Source: Promethearchaeota archaeon
GTDB taxonomy: Archaea; Asgardarchaeota; Thorarchaeia; Thorarchaeales; Thorarchaeaceae
Assembly (NCBI GenBank): GCA_014728035.1
Contig: WJMJ01000131.1
Coordinates: 117,381 to 181,380 of the forward strand
Reading direction: 5' to 3'
DNA length: 64,000 bases
The translations under genes were made by a program, and so were the position numbers. Below the pieces are notes generated by a model. It worked only from the letters and a program-made list of their open reading frames with translations, was not told the origin of the DNA and ran no database searches. Below are positions 59,850 to 64,000 of this stretch, piece by piece; within the stretch, counting starts at the first letter, position 1, and each line of letters opens with the position of its first letter.

Positions 59850-60452
59850 TTAGGTTCGCGAAGGAGCCTTGATGATCCATTTTACCAAGTCTACATTCAT
59901 TGCATTTTCTTCAACAAATCGTTCTTGGTATTCGGGATTCTTTAATTTTAACCAGACATGTTGAGCACCCAAGTCGAAACCCACAACACGTATTGCATCT
60001 TGAATCGGTTTTGGACGGAACGCAATAGCACTTCCAATCAGCGAGATAATGAAAATACTAAGCAATCCAACATACCAGAGATTAAGCCCTCTGCCTACCG
60101 AAAGATCGTTTCCAGAAATAAATGTTGCAAAAAGAACTACTGAAAATAGAATACCATTGAAACACACACAGGTACTTCTAAACCTACAATCACTCTCGTC
60201 ATAGAAATAATGGTCTTCACAAACCGGAATAAGGAAAGTTCGAGTTTCAGGAGGTTTGAAACCCAATCGTCTTCTTTGTGATGGTGTGAACCCAGGTCTA
60301 TGTGATGGAGTAATGTACTCTTTTTTTCCGGGAACTATTGTGACACGTGTTTTTTTAGTGGCAGGTTCAGTACATACAGGACATATCTTTGGGAATCGTA
60401 TTTTTTCTTGGCGTATCCGAATAATTGGTTCATCAAATACAATCTTACTCAT
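59850..60452 (-). CDS. Zn-finger, 2-TM membrane protein
   Basis: FPKICPVC...PVCEDH, two TM helices, NPEY..RF. Confidence 0.75.
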   Translation of the reverse strand: MSKIVFDEPIIRIRQEKIRFPKICPVCTEPATKKTRVTIVPGKKEYITPSHRPGFTPSQRRRLGFKPPETRTFLIPVCEDHYFYDESDCRFRSTCVCFNGILFSVVLFATFISGNDLSVGRGLNLWYVGLLSIFIISLIGSAIAFRPKPIQDAIRVVGFDLGAQHVWLKLKNPEYQERFVEENAMNVDLVKWIIKAPSRT

Positions 60453-60561
60453 ATTACACCACCGGGGACAACCATCAGTAAGAAACTAGCTAAATTAGTG
60501 TGTCGAAACAAGTAAGACGCTTGCAACCAATCATAGTAGAAACATACCATTTGCGTGCAAA

Positions 60562-61221
60562 CTAAGATGGTGTTCGAGCTTTCAGGAAACCTTGTTCTAC
60601 AAGCTCGCAAACAATATTATGGAAACCAGGACAAAGACTCCATCGCATTTCAAACTCACAGTTTTCACAAGTTTTCAGGAGTTCCAATGAACGTTTGACC
60701 ATCAACAGAACTACAAAACCGAGGTATAAAAGGTAGATTACGACAACTTTCTCAGTAAAGAGATAATCAATTGTCCCTCCAGCAATCAGAATTGATAGAC
60801 TAACGAGTGCAAAGGAGAAGCTCAAAAGAAACTTCTTTGCTATTCGAATTGGTTGCCTCTTATCAAAACCAGAGATAGTGATTAGAAGATACAAAAGAAG
60901 ACCACCAATACCGGAATAGAACATAAGAAATCTATTGTAAGACACTATTCGAAAAAGCCAGAGAAAAAAAAGTGGTAGAAAAGAAAGGATGAAGAAAAGA
61001 GAATTTAGAAAACATCCCATACAAAGACGTCGATTTCTTAGTTTGATAGTATGTTCAGAAAACTCAGCACATGAAGGATGATGAGAAAGTAAAAAGGGAC
61101 TCGTGATTGATAAAAAAAGACGAAGACGCGCAAGAATCGATTTTATTTCGAATTCAAGCCGTCCCCGAGATTTGTCATTTATGACTTTTTTACAACCTCG
61201 CTCGTCTTTTAGTGCGTTCAT
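60562..61221 (-). CDS. Cys/His-rich membrane protein (DUF2085-like)
   Basis: LLSHHPSC...H...LCMGC, 4 TM helices, CENC...CPGF. Confidence 0.7.
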   Translation of the reverse strand: MNALKDERGCKKVINDKSRGRLEFEIKSILARLRLFLSITSPFLLSHHPSCAEFSEHTIKLRNRRLCMGCFLNSLFFILSFLPLFFLWLFRIVSYNRFLMFYSGIGGLLLYLLITISGFDKRQPIRIAKKFLLSFSFALVSLSILIAGGTIDYLFTEKVVVIYLLYLGFVVLLMVKRSLELLKTCENCEFEMRWSLCPGFHNIVCELVEQGFLKARTPS

Positions 61222-61257
61222 GTATAGTCCCTATTCATCAAACTAATCCGATTAGTA

Positions 61258-61650
61258 CTATGGCCCTGGAATTAATGGTAATGCGGAAAAGATTGCAAGA
61301 CCTAGCAGTAAAGCTAGTAGAATTACAACTACAATTACAATAATTATCGTAATAATCCAAGCAACAATCGCACCACCCCAACCAACATCATGGCGGCTTT
61401 TGATAACATACCACTGAAGGATAATTGCCAGACAAAAGATGAAGATACCACCAGGAAGTAGTAATATCAAATAAGTCAAAGCGATAATGAAAGCGGTAAC
61501 GAATGTTGATCCTAAATCTCTATTCCTTCCGTGAACTGGGCCAAGTGCAAGACCTAGACAAAAGCCATAGATAAGGAATGCAACAACAAAACCAATGATA
61601 GCAATGGTTCCAATTACTCCGAGCGCGGCAATAAGCCATTCTAACTGCAT
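61258..61650 (-). CDS. Small multi-TM membrane protein (Yip1-like C-terminal pattern)
   Basis: Very hydrophobic; WYVIKSRHDVGWGGAI. Confidence 0.7.
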   Translation of the reverse strand: MQLEWLIAALGVIGTIAIIGFVVAFLIYGFCLGLALGPVHGRNRDLGSTFVTAFIIALTYLILLLPGGIFIFCLAIILQWYVIKSRHDVGWGGAIVAWIITIIIVIVVVILLALLLGLAIFSALPLIPGP

Positions 61651-61967
61651 TTCTCAAACTCCTGAATTTAGATAGTCTTTCAAATCACCTTCAGAGATAA
61701 AAGCATACTGGATAATCTTCAATGTATGAACAATAAGATAAGAATTGCATTTCAGGTCCTTGATTTTCATTATGGATATCTTTAGATTATGGAAAAAAGA
61801 ATTGCTTAAAGATAAACCAAAAACTAGGCTTCGAAGAAACGGGGAGATTTCACCAAGCCGCATTATCTAAGAGTGCATGTATTGGTCTACTAACAAGGTC
61901 TCGAATATACATATGCTGGCGAGTTCAGGGAGGGATATTCTCCAAGAACTCAAGTTGATACGCAGGA

Positions 61968-62162
61968 TTAGGTTGAAACCACTTCGCGCTCGGGAATTGA
62001 GGAGAGATGATCACGACGAGACGTCCAAAACTGGATGATGCTCTCACGTACTGCAACACCATCGAAGATACGATTCAAAACAGTACAGATTGTGTCATGT
62101 GAATCGTCTTCCACATAGTTTTCAGTTTTCATCATATTCATTTCACATGCAGGGCATTCCAT
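61968..62162 (-). CDS. Small zinc-ribbon-like protein
   Basis: MECPAC; GGTGAG SD upstream. Confidence 0.55.
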   Translation of the reverse strand: MECPACEMNMMKTENYVEDDSHDTICTVLNRIFDGVAVRESIIQFWTSRRDHLSSIPEREVVST

Positions 62163-62474
62163 TTTCTATACTCACCTAATATGTATGTAGATTGTAATAA
62201 TAAAGGACAGATGTTTAGCGCAATCACCAAAGGAGCAATTTCGACAAAACTGGCTTTGAAAAACGTCAGATGAAAAAAAACAATAAATGCATGTTTATTG
62301 CTCAATACTTCCGAATATCACAAGAGAAAATCCGTATAATTATGGATTTAGTACTCGGGAGTATCCAGAGTTGTTAGAGTGAATCCATATGGATAAGAGT
62401 ATTAGACAATCTAGAAGTAGCGCTGAAGAAACATATTATATTATAAATTAGAGAAATAATATCTGGAAAAAGAT

Positions 62475-63332
62475 ATGACAGCATCCAGAACTGCAATAAA
62501 GGAAAAGATACTCTTAATTTTAGACCGGATGCCATGTCATGGATATGATTTGCTCGATTCATTAAACGGATATCATCGAAATCTAAGACTAACAACACTG
62601 TATAGATGGCTTCATGAAATGGAATCAGAGGGTCTTATTATTAGTTCAATGGAACCAGGTCTCACAGGTCCCAAACGCCGAGTATATCATCTTGGTCCAA
62701 GAGGAGAGTCAAAGCTTCGAGAGATTCTAAGAAGTGCAATAGAGGTCTTACTTCATTTCTTTAGTGCATATAGAGGATTCCTAACTGAAGACATCCAAGA
62801 TAATTTTGAAAAAGAAATACAAGCATCTTCATCGGGGAGAATCTTGCTAGTAGCTAATCCAAGATTAAATGAACCCATTATCAATATCATAAGATATCTT
62901 CTTACAAAATGCAGTAACAAATCAATTGATGCCATGGGTGATGTGGGATTGCTTAGAGTCTATGAAATCGACTACCGACAAGTGGAGGGAGTTGCACATG
63001 ATATGCCAGTTTCTAGTAACCGTTATTCGGAGATCTGGTTGAGCGGCACCTCAGATGCTAAAATGCTACCAATAATAATTGCAGAGTGTAAAAGGGCTCT
63101 AAAACCGGGAGGAGTTTTACGTATAATCGCACCATTTGTGTTTTTTGATGAGCCAACCGAACCAACACTAAGTGAATTCATTCGTGTTACGTCAGTACAA
63201 CTTTTTCCCGATTTGGGAATAGTAGAAGGCACGGAATTATCAAGTATTATCAATGAGCAGTTCCAGGATTATGGTATATCTGAAGTATTTCCGGGTTTGG
63301 TTTTATTTTGGGCGGTAAAAAATAAGATGTAG
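62475..63332 (+). CDS. PadR wHTH fused to a degenerate SAM-methyltransferase-like domain
   Basis: PCHGYDL...TLYRWLHEMESEG...GPKRRVY; C-terminal DMPV...ECKRALKPGGVLRI. Confidence 0.82.
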   Translation: MTASRTAIKEKILLILDRMPCHGYDLLDSLNGYHRNLRLTTLYRWLHEMESEGLIISSMEPGLTGPKRRVYHLGPRGESKLREILRSAIEVLLHFFSAYRGFLTEDIQDNFEKEIQASSSGRILLVANPRLNEPIINIIRYLLTKCSNKSIDAMGDVGLLRVYEIDYRQVEGVAHDMPVSSNRYSEIWLSGTSDAKMLPIIIAECKRALKPGGVLRIIAPFVFFDEPTEPTLSEFIRVTSVQLFPDLGIVEGTELSSIINEQFQDYGISEVFPGLVLFWAVKNKM

Positions 63333-63351
63333 TATTAATACTCGGATTATA

Positions 63352-63379
63352 AAGAAAAGAAAAGGGGACAGAGTCCCCT
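63352..63379 (-). terminator. Hairpin plus T-tract after the substrate-binding protein gene
   Basis: GGGGAC-AGA-GTCCCC next to an A-run (T-run on the minus strand). Confidence 0.65.
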
Positions 63380-63396
63380 GTATACTAAAAATGGTT

Positions 63397-63999
63397 CTAC
63401 TTTTGCCTCATCAGGACATATCCACCAACGAGGATGACCACTGCAGCGCCAACAGCGCCAGCAATAAGAGCCATCATAACATCAGGTGCAAATGTATCGG
63501 TAGGTCCATCGGGGACATCTGGATGCTCAATACCGTAGAAGTAGTTGGGGTTGTATTCGAGTTCTGTGAACTCACCGTCAACGGACTCAGATACGGTAAA
63601 TGGACCAGAGGTGACAAAGAATTCCTCGTCAGGGTCAGTTGGGTCAGGATCCCACTCGTTCCAAGTTGGGAAGCTTGGGTCGGTGAAGATGTGCTTAGGT
63701 AGGATAGGCTTGTATGAGACCGTGTGCAGGTGCCAATATGATTCCGTATCAAACTCTACAACGAGTGTGTAAGGAGTCTGGGCATAAGCTGCTGCGAGGT
63801 CTGTCAGGTCTACACCATAGGGATTACCTGACGAATCACGATAGAAGTTCAATGAGAATGCGGCATCCTCTGCAGTAATAGGAGTACCATCGGTCCAGGT
63901 TGCGTTCTGGATCATATTGAAGGTAAACCTAGTGTGACCATCAGGTACTGCTGGGTTGTCGTCATGGGTCTCAGTTGTGAAGTCTTCACAGAGCCAGTT
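63397..63999 (-). CDS. ABC peptide/oligopeptide substrate-binding protein (family 5), 5'-truncated by the window
   Basis: WTDGTPITAED, ILPKHIF, SGPF...NPNYF, C-terminal TM. The frame is open to the window edge. Confidence 0.9.
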   Translation of the reverse strand, partial: NWLCEDFTTETHDDNPAVPDGHTRFTFNMIQNATWTDGTPITAEDAAFSLNFYRDSSGNPYGVDLTDLAAAYAQTPYTLVVEFDTESYWHLHTVSYKPILPKHIFTDPSFPTWNEWDPDPTDPDEEFFVTSGPFTVSESVDGEFTELEYNPNYFYGIEHPDVPDGPTDTFAPDVMMALIAGAVGAAVVILVGGYVLMRQK

Positions 64000-64000
64000 G

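Overview
Archaeal chromosomal window of roughly 40% GC. Gene content (LRR, WD40 and ankyrin proteins, tandem Lrp-like regulators, an expanded helix 98 in the 23S rRNA) suggests an Asgard archaeon, probably Thorarchaeia; this is inference. Most of the window is housekeeping and metabolism: acyl-CoA dehydrogenase, Pit/DUF47, ABC exporter, alkaline phosphatase, hybrid histidine kinase, geranylgeranyl reductase, Nth, SerRS, SufBC and superoxide reductase. A stand-alone 23S rRNA gene lies on the minus strand at ~29.3-32.6 kb. Main oddities: (1) two ORF-less bulge-helix-bulge-type introns (32 and 216 nt) in the peptidyl-transferase centre of the 23S gene, leaving a 10-nt micro-exon; (2) a protein resembling only the N-terminal WED/REC lobe of TnpB, with no RuvC, behind a nucleotidyltransferase-HEPN-like gene and beside a bacterial-type RNase PH; (3) a threonine-synthase-fold protein lacking the PLP Schiff-base lysine, fused to a PadR-type wHTH and divergent from a PdxU/HmpT-like ECF S-component, a candidate vitamin B6 sensor-regulator; (4) a defence-like islet at the 23S 3' trailer, punctuated by copies of a 66-bp palindromic repeat; (5) two paralogous beta-rich surface proteins flanking an HTH-Yip1-like membrane regulator. 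All family calls were made by eye from motifs; no searches were run.
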